A DNA stretch of 64,000 bases from a virus, in IMG/VR virus record IMGVR_UViG_3300037475_000071, positions 1 through 64,000 of that record. The stretch is one strand, 5' to 3'. Position 1 is the first letter of the stretch, and each line of letters begins with the position of its first letter. A program made the translations under genes and the position numbers. The notes below the pieces were generated by a model. It searched no databases and was not told the origin of the DNA. It saw only the letters and a list, made by a program, of their open reading frames with translations. Of the stretch, positions 51,644 to 62,131 are shown in pieces.

Positions 51644-51932
51644 CACTGAAGTGGGGCCACAGTAGTCATATTCATTTCCCTGCTACGCAGTAGGAAATAA
51701 CACAAGCGACGTAATCCTGTGGCCATCCCGCTTCCCACCTTGAAGGAGACCTTATTTGTCAGCGAGTGAACACTACAACCGAGTCAACGAACTACTCAAA
51801 GAAATCTTCACGGACAAGAAAGAAGATTCAGGCCAGCCGGGGCCACACTACGTCCCCAACTCAGTAGTCGTCGTTCCACCCAGCCCACGGCCATCTCAGG
51901 GCGAGAAATACTAGAAAGGCTCAGACAACCAC

Positions 51933-52343
51933 ATGGATTTGTTAGTACAGAGAAAGATATTTTCAGACAACAGCACCATCGGCGACCTGCTCATCAATGG
52001 CGAGAAATTCTGCAACACGCTGGAGCCGCGCAAAGACCAGTCCAAAGGCAAACCATACCTCACGCCTGCGGGAACCTACGAAGTCAAAATCTTCTTCTCA
52101 CCAAAGTTTAATCGCAAGATGCCGCACGTCATGGATGTGCCGGGGTTTGACGCCATAGAAATTCATAATGGTTCGCTACCGGCAAATACTCACGGATGCA
52201 CGATGGTAGGAGTTTATCACCCAGGTACTCCCGACTTCATTAACCACAGCGTGGACACCTTCGACAAGTTCTACGACCTGTTGGTTAAGGAAGAGTCCGG
52301 CAACAAGAATACATTCATCACCTACGTGGAGGTGACGGCGTGA
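51933..52343 (+). CDS. DUF5675-like protein (possible peptidoglycan-active enzyme)
   Basis: STIG.L...C.TLE...PAGTY...IEIHNG...THGC..VG. Confidence 0.65.
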   Translation: MDLLVQRKIFSDNSTIGDLLINGEKFCNTLEPRKDQSKGKPYLTPAGTYEVKIFFSPKFNRKMPHVMDVPGFDAIEIHNGSLPANTHGCTMVGVYHPGTPDFINHSVDTFDKFYDLLVKEESGNKNTFITYVEVTA

Positions 52344-53158
52344 TAGATGATTACGCTAACGAGTACCGTCAGGACTATTGCCGAGTCATGGTATGGAGCA
52401 ATGAACCGATACCTGACGATGAAATGAAGAAACTTCAATATGCTCTGGGAGAAACCTTAAAGCAATTCCCTTGGGCTAACTTCGGTATAGAAGGATCATC
52501 CTCCACGGCTGTAAAGACTACCAAACCCGCAATGCATTGGGCTACAGCAAAGGACGACCAATGAGACTCCGCACAATAGACCCAGAAGCAGAACGCGAAC
52601 GCCGTCGCCTACTGGCCATCAACAAGGGAGACGAGGTTACCTACGAAGGCGTCACCTACATCGTCACCCAGGTCGGCAGCAAGTGGGTGCACATGTACCG
52701 CAAGGTTGACCCACAGCGGCGGGACTCGGTGGCCTTCAAGTCAACGTTGAGCAAGGCCATCCCTATGCCGGTTCAGGAAGCATTGCCGGGACTGCCTAAA
52801 TAGCTATGGAATACGAAGATTTTCCTAGGAGTAACAAAGCACTTCTTTCAGAAACATCCACGCGAGAGCAGTTTCTAATTGAGTTGCTAGACCTACTGAA
52901 AGAGCACCACCAAGTCGCGCTAGCTTCTCTGAAGTACAAAGAGGGACTAGCAATGACTGAAGTGGAGATCAAATTGAGGCACGCCATTGACATTCTCAAT
53001 AACGTTTATGACAAGTATGGCGTTGAGGCTTCTGGATCGTTTGGATTTTATCGTGATGAGGTGGATGCCTCACACAGGTACCGTACTAGCGATATGGATA
53101 GGGAGCGTATTGCTGGGGATACTGACAAGCCATCTGTGGACGATGCTACGGGGCAATC

Positions 53159-53605
53159 GTGAGTGAACTGTGGGATAGGCGGTTTTTAGCTATGGCCAAG
53201 CTTGTGTCCACGTTCAGCAAAGACCCCTCGACGCAAACAGGGGCAGTCATTGTTCGCCCCGACAAATCCGTGGCGTCTGTTGGGTACAACGGGTTCCCTC
53301 GTGGTATGTCTGATTATCCAGAGTTGCTAGAAAACCGTGAGGAAAAGTATTCACGCATCGTGCACTGCGAAATCAACGCATTGATACACGCGAACGAACG
53401 TGTCGTAGGACACACCCTATATACGGTTCCTTTTCTCTCATGCGAGCGGTGCTGTGTTCAGATGCTTCAAGCTGGTATTGCCAGATTCGTAGCTCCCAAG
53501 GCAACACCAGAGCAGTTAACTAGGTGGGGAGCTGCCTTCGATAGGACAAAACGCTACTGCCAAGAAGTCGGCGTACCCGTAGAGGAGATTGATGCAAACC
53601 TATAA
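53159..53605 (+). CDS. dCMP deaminase
   Basis: SKDPSTQ.GA, GYNGFPRG, HCE.NA, SC..C. Confidence 0.9.
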   Translation: MSELWDRRFLAMAKLVSTFSKDPSTQTGAVIVRPDKSVASVGYNGFPRGMSDYPELLENREEKYSRIVHCEINALIHANERVVGHTLYTVPFLSCERCCVQMLQAGIARFVAPKATPEQLTRWGAAFDRTKRYCQEVGVPVEEIDANL

Positions 53606-53802
53606 CCCCGCAACAAAGTGCCCCAAGTGCGGCCACGACAAAGTTGAAACGTCATACCGCGACACACTTGACCTCTTACGGCGTACTTGTGAGAGGTGCA
53701 GCTACAACTGGCAGGAGTTGCCGCTGGACAGCGTAGGGCAGGTACTGCCTATCAGTCCGGTGCCGGTAATTGCCCTGAACGACCCTGTTACGGACAAAAA
53801 TA

Positions 53803-54204
53803 ATGACCTGCCGTTCTAAAAACAAATGGTTCATTCAGGAATGGGGAACGCTTCCCAACGAGACCTTGGTTATCGTCGGCATGACGCAGAAGCAAATCGT
53901 TGCGCGGATGAAGCGCAGCAAGTTCCACAAGGATGTAGTAGATGCGTTCAAGCGTAGTGAACCACTGGAAGACGCCAGCGCATGGGTGTGGTTGAGGCAG
54001 GGCAGAACTGTGTTGTGGTTTCCAGACTGGAAGGACGATTGGAGTCACTACAACACCCTGCTCCACGAGACCAACCATCTGGTCTACCACATCATCCGCG
54101 ACAAGGGCATGACGGACGAGATAGAAGCGCAGGCATACCAGCACGAGTACCTGTTCGACAACATCCGGCGCAGACTGTGCGCCAAACCAAAGAGGAAAAA
54201 GTAA
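53803..54204 (+). CDS. HExxH metalloprotease-like protein
   Basis: LLHETNHL...EAQAY. Confidence 0.55.
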   Translation: MTCRSKNKWFIQEWGTLPNETLVIVGMTQKQIVARMKRSKFHKDVVDAFKRSEPLEDASAWVWLRQGRTVLWFPDWKDDWSHYNTLLHETNHLVYHIIRDKGMTDEIEAQAYQHEYLFDNIRRRLCAKPKRKK

Positions 54205-54707
54205 TGGTCACAGTAATCTTCAGCACTGAGAAAGATTTAGTCAGCGGCACCATCCGCGCTTTTACTTGGTCGTCAGTGTCGCACGTCGATATTCGCCTTC
54301 CGGCCGGATTGAAGTACGGCAATGGCCGCGTCACCGAGAATGGAGACCTCGTTGGAGCGCGGTTCGCCCAAGACAAAGGGCTCAACAAGGGCGTCAGCGT
54401 CCGGCCTTGGAACTACCACAAGACCTCGAAGGAAATCTGGACGGTTAGCGACACCACGCCAGAGACCGACGCCAAGATTTACGAAGCGGCTCTGTCGCAG
54501 GTGGGGAAGCCATACGACTTGAGCGGCATTGCAAACTTCGCTTTACACCGCGATTGGCGCGAGGAAGATAGCTTTTTTTGCAGCGAGCTGGTTGCGTGGG
54601 CGTTTGAACAGGCTGGAGCACCTCTGCTTAACGGCAACTGCAATCGCATTACACCGGGAATGCTGCTGATGTCTCCCCTCTTAAAGGTAGTCGCAGAAAA
54701 GCGGTAG
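54204..54707 (+). CDS. permuted papain-like (YiiX/YebB-type) amidase
   Basis: SHV...QVGKPYD...FCSELV. Confidence 0.8.
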   Translation: MVTVIFSTEKDLVSGTIRAFTWSSVSHVDIRLPAGLKYGNGRVTENGDLVGARFAQDKGLNKGVSVRPWNYHKTSKEIWTVSDTTPETDAKIYEAALSQVGKPYDLSGIANFALHRDWREEDSFFCSELVAWAFEQAGAPLLNGNCNRITPGMLLMSPLLKVVAEKR

Positions 54708-54713
54708 AACTCA

Positions 54714-55301
54714 ATGACAAAACAGTGCTCCATGTGCAGAGAGGTGAAACCTGTCTCTGAGTTTAATAAAACCAATTCCAAGCACCCTAGCCATAGGTAT
54801 TGTCGTTACTGTAGAGAATGTCAGAAATTCGCCTACTCTGAATGGGTAGCCAAGAACAAAGAAAGAAAACTCAAAGCCGTTAAAGAGTATCAAAGAGCCA
54901 ATGTATCTTGGATAGCCATCCAGGACAAACGCCGATACGACAACGGGGGAAAGGAAAGACAACAAGCACATATCAGTGCAAACAGAGACCAATACAACAG
55001 TTACAACAACGCGGCCAGAGCACGCAAGAAAAATGCTGAAGGAGCCTATACCGCCGAAGATGTTCAACGTATGCTGCTCGCCCAATCAGGTCTCTGTAAC
55101 GGCTGCGGAAAACCCATGATGCCCTACTGCGTAGACCACATAATCCCTCTCAACGACCACGGCACCAACTGGCCGGACAATCTCCAGTTGCTGTGCCGGA
55201 GTTGCAACTGCAAGAAGAGCGACTTGGACTGGGAAGAATTCCTCTCACGATTGTCAGCGGAAAAAATTTTGCTTGACGCTACACATGAGTTGTGTGTATA
55301 G
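54714..55301 (+). CDS. HNH homing endonuclease
   Basis: CSMC..CREC, CNGCG...DHIIPL...NLQLLCRSCNCKK; similar to 4029..4604. Confidence 0.88.
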   Translation: MTKQCSMCREVKPVSEFNKTNSKHPSHRYCRYCRECQKFAYSEWVAKNKERKLKAVKEYQRANVSWIAIQDKRRYDNGGKERQQAHISANRDQYNSYNNAARARKKNAEGAYTAEDVQRMLLAQSGLCNGCGKPMMPYCVDHIIPLNDHGTNWPDNLQLLCRSCNCKKSDLDWEEFLSRLSAEKILLDATHELCV

Positions 55302-55302
55302 T
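55273..55302 (+). promoter_or_regulatory. promoter of the TTGAC-NNN-ACACA family
   Basis: TTGACGCTACACAT...TG TATAGT. Confidence 0.6.
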
Positions 55303-55573
55303 CACATCATCAGGTCAGGAGGTTTGTACGCCAATAATACAGTTCACTTGCTCATGCGGAAACGAGTTTGAAAAGATACTGCCCTTCCGCAAAGTCCACG
55401 ACAAAATGAAACACGCTTGCCCTTCCTGTGGCAAGAGCGCACCCAGAATCTTATTCTCCCGTGTGCTAGAGCCCCATTTTTATGGGAGTCCAGAAGGCTA
55501 TCACAAGCCAAGCGCAGCGCGTAGATACAGCTACAAACTTGCAGCGGCCAACGGAAATGGAAACGCTATATGA
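55292..55573 (+). CDS. FmdB-like zinc-ribbon protein
   Basis: P...F.CSCGNEFE...CPSCG; start uncertain. Confidence 0.55.
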   Translation: MCIVTSSGQEVCTPIIQFTCSCGNEFEKILPFRKVHDKMKHACPSCGKSAPRILFSRVLEPHFYGSPEGYHKPSAARRYSYKLAAANGNGNAI

Positions 55574-55754
55574 GACTACTAAGAATTTGGTTATGGACGT
55601 TAGGACTTGCCGGCATTCTGTCATTCCTATTCTCGGTGTGCATGGTAATCGGCAACATCATCTACGACGCGGCCCCGTTTACCTCGGTGGCCGTTGCTTT
55701 CGTCAGCTTCACGCTGTTAATAGCCTACCTCATCAAGGAAGCTACAACACTGTA

Positions 55755-56354
55755 ATGACTATACACGCTCCTAAGATCGTACCTGAAATCTCAGTACCAA
55801 ATGCTGAGTGCCCCTTCCCCCAGCGTTACAGCATGTATGAGGGCATGAGCAGTGAACTGGAAGTTTTGGAATTCCTCCATTCGTTGGTGCGCCTACTCAA
55901 ACCTGAAGTAGCTATAGAGACGGGTACCTACGTCGGCTGGTCGGCGTTGAACATGGTTCAGGCCATGCACAAGAACGGCTTCGGCGTTCTCCACACAGCA
56001 GAACCCTGCCGGGAACTATGGGAGGCCGCCGCCCAGCGCCTAGTAGGATACGAAGACCACGTACAGTTTCACCATTGCACGGGAGAAGAAATGATTGACC
56101 GCATTCCCGACATCATTGACTTCGCGTTCTTGGATTCCAACATCGACACACGCATTAGAGAGATGCGAGCTCTGATGCCGCGGCTAAAGGAGAACGGCGT
56201 CGTTGCGGTGCACGATTGTAGTAGTTTCCACCAGCAGAATAGCAATGGGCCGAGAAAAACCTTCATGGCCTTTGCCGCCACCCACAGAATGCAGATCATA
56301 AATCTAGATTCACCAAGAGGCGTTGCAGTTCTAAGGAGATGGCCTACCGTATGA
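55755..56354 (+). CDS. class I SAM-dependent methyltransferase
   Basis: IETGTYVGWS, DFAFLDS, L..NGVV.VHD. Confidence 0.85.
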   Translation: MTIHAPKIVPEISVPNAECPFPQRYSMYEGMSSELEVLEFLHSLVRLLKPEVAIETGTYVGWSALNMVQAMHKNGFGVLHTAEPCRELWEAAAQRLVGYEDHVQFHHCTGEEMIDRIPDIIDFAFLDSNIDTRIREMRALMPRLKENGVVAVHDCSSFHQQNSNGPRKTFMAFAATHRMQIINLDSPRGVAVLRRWPTV

Positions 56355-56823
56355 CCGCAGCAATGCTTTACGAGGACTGGGAGAGCACTGGCCCTGGTCA
56401 GGAAGGCCCAGACGTAATTCTAATTCTACTTGTCTTGCTGCTGGTGGGACTTCTGGCAAAGGCGGTGTTCGGATGAAGGGTAAACGCGGCAGTCCAACCC
56501 AGTTAGAACTCAATCAAAAGCTGAAGGACAAGGTTGCAAAGCTGGAAGAGGAAGTCAAGACACTCCGGCGCAAGCTGAAGTCAAGCGAGTTCTGGTCGAA
56601 GTTCGTTTACCCAGAAGGGGCCAAGGCTACCGACATCCAGAACGAATTGATGGATTACCACGAGATGTTGGGCGAGGTGGACAAGGTTTACGACCACATT
56701 ACGTGCGGCCGGATTTCAAAGCCCAACACCAAAGCATCGTCGGTAATAGCTGTAGCCAATGAAGTGGCGCAACGGGACATACAGAACGCTATAGAAGATC
56801 ACCACGAGGTCTATTCAGAGTAA

Positions 56824-57258
56824 ATGCCAACCAAATACTCATTGGGTCTATCGTTCAACAAGACTGGCAGCCGAGTGGTGCTCATTCGTAAAAAGCGTCC
56901 CAAGTGGCAGCTAGGCAGGTTGAACGGCGTCGGAGGCCATGTGGAACCCAGCGAGAGCTTCCGTCAGTGCATGGTGAGGGAGTTCAAGGAAGAGACTGGG
57001 GTAGCGACTGACCCTTATTCGTGGCAGGACTTTGGTCACTTGAAGAACCCCGCCGCGACCGTAGCCATGTTCATGCGCTTTGACGACGACGTGTACGACG
57101 TTCAAACCATGACCGACGAAGCTGTGGAGTTATGGGAGGTGAGTGATCTGCATAAAGAGCCGGACTCTGGACTCATGACAAACCTGCGATGGATTATTCC
57201 GTCAGCCGTGGACAAGTGGGAGCACAACAGTGGGTTGTACATTGAGGCTACGCTGTGA
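56824..57258 (+). CDS. Nudix hydrolase
   Basis: GGHVEPSE....MVREFKEETG. Confidence 0.9.
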   Translation: MPTKYSLGLSFNKTGSRVVLIRKKRPKWQLGRLNGVGGHVEPSESFRQCMVREFKEETGVATDPYSWQDFGHLKNPAATVAMFMRFDDDVYDVQTMTDEAVELWEVSDLHKEPDSGLMTNLRWIIPSAVDKWEHNSGLYIEATL

Positions 57259-58510
57259 GCGACATGGAGAGAACTGGTGACAATCGAAGAACTGGCTAAG
57301 ACCTACAAGCTCAAAACCAAGAAGGTCTGCGAGGGTGAGTACGTCATTCCCGGCAAGCTGGGGGAAATCTACATGTACGACGAGGACGAAGGTCTGGTCG
57401 GGGCGATGTTCCTGTCAGAGACTCCGACTAAAGGATGGGCGTTCCGCAAGAAAGAGTTCACTAAGGCGGGGGCCAGCATCGTTCAAAACGGTGAATACGA
57501 AGGAGCGGTATCATTCCCCGCCACCGACAAGGCACTAATGAAGCTAGCCATCAAGCTACTCGGCGTTAGAACCAAGAGAACGGTGTCGGAAACAGAGCGC
57601 AAGAAGCTGACAGACAGGCTTACTAAGGCGCGGCAGGCTAAAGGACGATAGCAACCTCTGCGACGTTTTTAAAAGGGTACAGAAAACAGGGGGAATTCGT
57701 CCTAGAAACGATTGATACTGTACTGCCCACGTCGTACTGTCTAGCGATAAATTGTCATTACGGTTCATTAACCACGTAACCTATTAAGACACAAGGAGAT
57801 ACATGGCAAACGCAAAGATACTTAACAAAACTAACCTTAAACTTAGCACCAAAGAACTAAAACTCCTTGTGGCTTTGCTTTGGAAAGGAATATAAGTGAG
57901 CACAGCAGCCATCGCAGTTACCAACGCCAGCATCCAGCAATCCGGCGACAACGCATCCGATGAACTCAAACGTCAACTGGCGGGTGCCATACTGGGCGTT
58001 GCCAAAACCAAGAGCGAGTTCACGACCGACGATGTTTGGACGGAGTTTGAACGTCGTGGAGGTACGTCCTACCTGTCCGCGGCTGAGCGATCAGTGCTTG
58101 GTTACGTCGTTAGGCAGGGTGTGCGGCTGGGCTATATCAATGCCAGCCAGAAGTCGCGGCGGTCAAAGCGGCCCTCATCACACAGTCGGCTTCTAACCGT
58201 GTTCGTATCCAACCAGAACAAGCTGAGTGACATTCAGGAAGGGCGGAACTATGTCTCCTAAGAAGAGAGCAAAGCGCAAGGCGGCCGCAGCAAAGCCAAT
58301 GAGGTTTAGATTTGTGAAAGATAATGATGGGCATACCTATCTTATAGAAGCAGACCAGATAGGGCAGTTCGAAACATGGTTGGAAGCTGGGCCATACTGG
58401 GACTGGAATGGATACGAGGGAGAAGACTTCAACATCTACCGAGTAGACGGCACAGGGCAATACACCTTCACCGACCCACAGCAAGACTAGCTCCTTTACA
58501 AACACAAATA

Positions 58511-58560
58511 GACCCAAAGCCGCCTACCTGTACCTTGGTAGATGACTTTGGGTCTTTTTT
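58511..58560 (+). terminator. intrinsic terminator
   Basis: GACCCAAAG...CTTTGGGTC followed by TTTTTT. Confidence 0.6.
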
Positions 58561-58578
58561 ATTGTATGCTATAAAGCC

Positions 58579-58803
58579 TTGGAGGTAGCAATGAACCTTG
58601 AACCAATCAAGCAACAACTGAAGGCGGAATTAGAGCGGATACAAACTGCACTGACTGCGCTCGATGAACTAGACGGCGCAAAGCCAGCACAAGAGTACCG
58701 TTCAGTCAAAACAAACAAACGCCACATGAGCGAAGCAGCGCGTAAGCGCATTTCTATGGCACAGAAAGCACGCTGGGCCAAACAACGTAAGGAAGCCGCA
58801 TAA
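58579..58803 (+). CDS. small coiled-coil/basic protein
   Basis: LKAELERI..AL..L...MSEAARKRISMAQKARWAK. Confidence 0.7.
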   Translation: MEVAMNLEPIKQQLKAELERIQTALTALDELDGAKPAQEYRSVKTNKRHMSEAARKRISMAQKARWAKQRKEAA

Positions 58804-58858
58804 CGAATCGGGCCGCGGAAGGAGACAGCAACCGCGGCCCAACCTCGTTCCCTCAACT

Positions 58859-59683
58859 CTAAAAAATCTTCTGCACCGGAATCGGATACGGCCCTGTCAG
58901 CGTGTTTATCTTGTTGGTAGCACTCTGGCTTGTAGGGGTCGCGGGGTACACGCCGTTCACCGCATCGTATTCAAACCAAGCAATCGGCCCATAGCCACGC
59001 CGGAACTGCTTGGTCTCTTTGGCTGTGTATTGAACCACACCATTAACCAGCGCCCCACCGCGCTCGTAATCCGCAAACCAGTCCTCACCTGCCGGAAGGT
59101 CGCCAATCGCAGCCGAGTTCAGGTACGGCCCACGAACCGTGCAACGGCACAGCTTATTGGAGTATCTAACCGCGTCTGGAACCCCACCCGTTTCGTAGGT
59201 AAGGTAGTCGGTTTCTGGAGGGGCTAAAGTAAACGACCACGAACCAGGTTCTGGCAATAATGTCACTGTCGGCATCACTGGATCAGGGGCGGCCATATAC
59301 GCCACAGCCACGCCGGGGATGTCCGACGACGCACTGCCGGCCGTGTAGACCGGAGGTGGAACTACCAACGTTGAAGGAGTGTAGTCTAAATAACGTGGGA
59401 AACGACGTGCGCCGTTTTGGAAGAACATCTTCCCTGTTGACGGGTCTGTCCATACCTTTTCCGTCAGGAGCTGGCGAATCCACGGGCCAGAGGCTCTGCA
59501 CCAGTCCCACGGATACGTAGTGTTGTTCGTGGTGTTTATCCCTTTGGAGAACACAACATCAATCGAACCATCTGCTGCGGCTGGGAAAGCGTAGACGTAG
59601 CTGGGCGTGCTGCCTGACAAGTATTTACCAGCCATCAGCGTCGGCGACGGCATCATAATGTCGTTCAAAAAATCTATCCGCAT
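58859..59683 (-). CDS. hypothetical late protein
   Basis: 274-aa ORF, Pro/Tyr/Thr-rich. Confidence 0.55.
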   Translation of the reverse strand: MRIDFLNDIMMPSPTLMAGKYLSGSTPSYVYAFPAAADGSIDVVFSKGINTTNNTTYPWDWCRASGPWIRQLLTEKVWTDPSTGKMFFQNGARRFPRYLDYTPSTLVVPPPVYTAGSASSDIPGVAVAYMAAPDPVMPTVTLLPEPGSWSFTLAPPETDYLTYETGGVPDAVRYSNKLCRCTVRGPYLNSAAIGDLPAGEDWFADYERGGALVNGVVQYTAKETKQFRRGYGPIAWFEYDAVNGVYPATPTSQSATNKINTLTGPYPIPVQKIF

Positions 59684-59967
59684 TGGTACTCCATACTTAA
59701 AATTTGACTAGCAGGGGCGCATGTTGGAATCGAAGTGGCTGCCGCCCCACGCGGCTATATAACGATAGTCGGCGTACAGGCATGAAGCGCAGAGGAGCAC
59801 CTCGCCGGGATTAGCGAACTGCCCCCAGTAAATAGAAGACATCTCGAACGTCGCTGGCGCAGGCGGTAAGAACACGAATTTATCACACCGACTACACGCA
59901 GAGACAATCTCATCCGTGGCCATGCTACTGGTAACGTTTAGGCCAATTGAGGCATCGTAGTCAGCCA

Positions 59968-60324
59968 TTAGCTAGGATCGGGGAGGCCCTCTCGGTCACC
60001 CTGCTTCCCGTCTCCTGCTTTGGTGAAGTATCTGCCTATAGAATTACCAACGCCGTTGGCTCCCAGAACGGTGAGCATAGTAGGAAAGTCCGTTCGGTCT
60101 TTAGCAAACATGAATGCCACAGTTACGGCTATAATTCCGAACGCCGTCGCAATTCCGTGGAGCAGGTAAACCATTCTCGACATTTCCTCTGGTTTCTCAA
60201 GACACCCGGTAAGGATGGTTTTCAGGAAATCAATCACCCTAGAGCGCATCTTAACCCCAGCAATGAACGCCAGAGACGATGACGATAAAACAATAATGAG
60301 AACTTTCAGTACAGTGATAATCAT
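59968..60324 (-). CDS. holin-like membrane protein
   Basis: ~3 hydrophobic segments in 118 aa with a charged C-terminus. Confidence 0.45.
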   Translation of the reverse strand: MIITVLKVLIIVLSSSSLAFIAGVKMRSRVIDFLKTILTGCLEKPEEMSRMVYLLHGIATAFGIIAVTVAFMFAKDRTDFPTMLTVLGANGVGNSIGRYFTKAGDGKQGDREGLPDPS

Positions 60325-61073
60325 AGATGCCCTATCTCATAACCGACAGCAGCGCCGAGAGCGATCTCTCCAACCTTTGTCACGCCGTCGAAGATGCGCC
60401 GTATCTTGGATTTCTTAGCAACCTTCTCGAAGGCGGCAACGGTGTCATTGCACTTGTCTAGTGTCTTGGTCACCGTCAGCAGTTCCCCAGTCAATGCCTG
60501 CGTCTTTCCCTGCTCGATCTGGTAGAGATTGGTCGTATCTTTCAGGTCGGATACAGCGGTGTCGCCCTTAATCTTGTCCTGAATGGCTCCTTGCACCTGT
60601 GCCGGCGTGAAGGCCAGCTTCTGGTCTGGGGTAATCTGTGCTTGCGCGTCGTAATACTGCTTTACGGCCTTGGCAACATCGTCTGGAGTGACCAGTGCTT
60701 GAACCGCCTGCGTCTGTTGCGCAGACTGTGCGTCACGTTGTACGACCGTGCGCGTTACTACTTGCTGCTGGGCCGTAGCGTTCTTTAGTTGCTGCTCAAC
60801 CTGCGCCTTCTCGACCTGCATCTGCTTTAACTGCGCTTGATACCCAGCCTGAACCTGCTCGGCTGCGGCGAGTGCCTTATCATACCCAGTAATCTCGTGT
60901 TTCACCACGAAACCCAGTACGAGCAAAGCAGCCAGCAACACTGCTACGAGCAGTCCACTGACTTGGAGGTGCTTATTGCTTAGGATTTTGGCTTGGTTCT
61001 CGAAGCTGGTGAGGATTAACGAAAGGTCACTTTCTATCTTTTGTCCGGTCGTTGGTAAAGTCGGGGAAGCCAT
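60321..61073 (-). CDS. membrane-anchored coiled-coil protein (spanin-like)
   Basis: Single N-proximal TM helix followed by a long Gln/Ala-rich coiled coil. Confidence 0.45.
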   Translation of the reverse strand: MASPTLPTTGQKIESDLSLILTSFENQAKILSNKHLQVSGLLVAVLLAALLVLGFVVKHEITGYDKALAAAEQVQAGYQAQLKQMQVEKAQVEQQLKNATAQQQVVTRTVVQRDAQSAQQTQAVQALVTPDDVAKAVKQYYDAQAQITPDQKLAFTPAQVQGAIQDKIKGDTAVSDLKDTTNLYQIEQGKTQALTGELLTVTKTLDKCNDTVAAFEKVAKKSKIRRIFDGVTKVGEIALGAAVGYEIGHL

Positions 61074-61770
61074 CGAAGTCCTCCTTCTTTTGTTCCTCTT
61101 TCGGCGTAGGTGGAACGAAGGTCTTGGCGCGTTTCCACTGAAACTCAGTCAGCTCTACCGGCAAAGATTCCATGTATTTATTGTTAATCGCTGCATGGAC
61201 TTGGTTGCTAACGAAGCTGAGAACACCTACAATCTTTCCTTTATCGTTGAAAACCCCTGACCCAGAATCGCCGAAGAACCCGTTGAGGTCATACATCGTT
61301 ATGCTCTCGGAGTCGGTATCCTCGTCGTCTTTTTTATCGAAGCTGGGACTGTCATCGTCGTCAGTTGTTTCGTAGCCGCTAACGTATCCGCGGCGAAACA
61401 CATCGTTGTTAGCGCCAGGATTACCGAAGATAAAAACCCCGTCACCTTGTTCTGGGGGCTTTACACTCATCTCTGCTATGTCGGTGAACGTAATACCATC
61501 CAGCAAATAGATGGCGTGGTCTAGCCCGTCTTCCATCACTTCGACAACTTTGACAGACTCCCCGTCTATCTCTATCGTGCGCGTGATTCCCACACAGTGG
61601 GCCGCCGTCAATAAAGCATTGGGGCCGACCGCCGTGCCGGAGCATTTCCCTCTACCCTCGTTGATGCTACTAACGCGCAAGCGGTGAGTGGACTTGTGGG
61701 CGGTGCTCACAACCGAGTCCGCACCGAAGCCGAGGACGGAGCACATCAATATCATTAAAAACGTTTTCAC
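61027..61770 (-). CDS. secreted trypsin-like serine protease
   Basis: Signal peptide, LLTAAHC, DHA, GDSGSG. Confidence 0.88.
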   Translation of the reverse strand: MKTFLMILMCSVLGFGADSVVSTAHKSTHRLRVSSINEGRGKCSGTAVGPNALLTAAHCVGITRTIEIDGESVKVVEVMEDGLDHAIYLLDGITFTDIAEMSVKPPEQGDGVFIFGNPGANNDVFRRGYVSGYETTDDDDSPSFDKKDDEDTDSESITMYDLNGFFGDSGSGVFNDKGKIVGVLSFVSNQVHAAINNKYMESLPVELTEFQWKRAKTFVPPTPKEEQKKEDFDGFPDFTNDRTKDRK

Positions 61771-62131
61771 TTCTGGTTCTCCTTGTCCTTCTTGGCGGCA
61801 TCTAGTTTGTCTTTTACAGCTTGGCGGTATCGCGGATCGCGTTTATATCTATCGCGGGAATATTGCCACAGGATTTCTCGGAAGGTGCCTTCCTTATACG
61901 TTGGCGGTTTCGGCATTGTCTAACCTCTCCTCAACAACTCTGACCGCCGAGCGAATGGTGACTTCGGCATCTTTCATTTCGTACCCAGTGGACTGAATAT
62001 CCATATGTGGAACGCTGGCAGGAGCCAGTCCCCTCTTGGCTAGGTCTTTTTTGTACTCGTCAAACAACGCCTTAATGTCGATGTTCAGTGAGCCAACGGT
62101 CTTTGGTTTGGAGCAGTGGAAATAGAGAACT

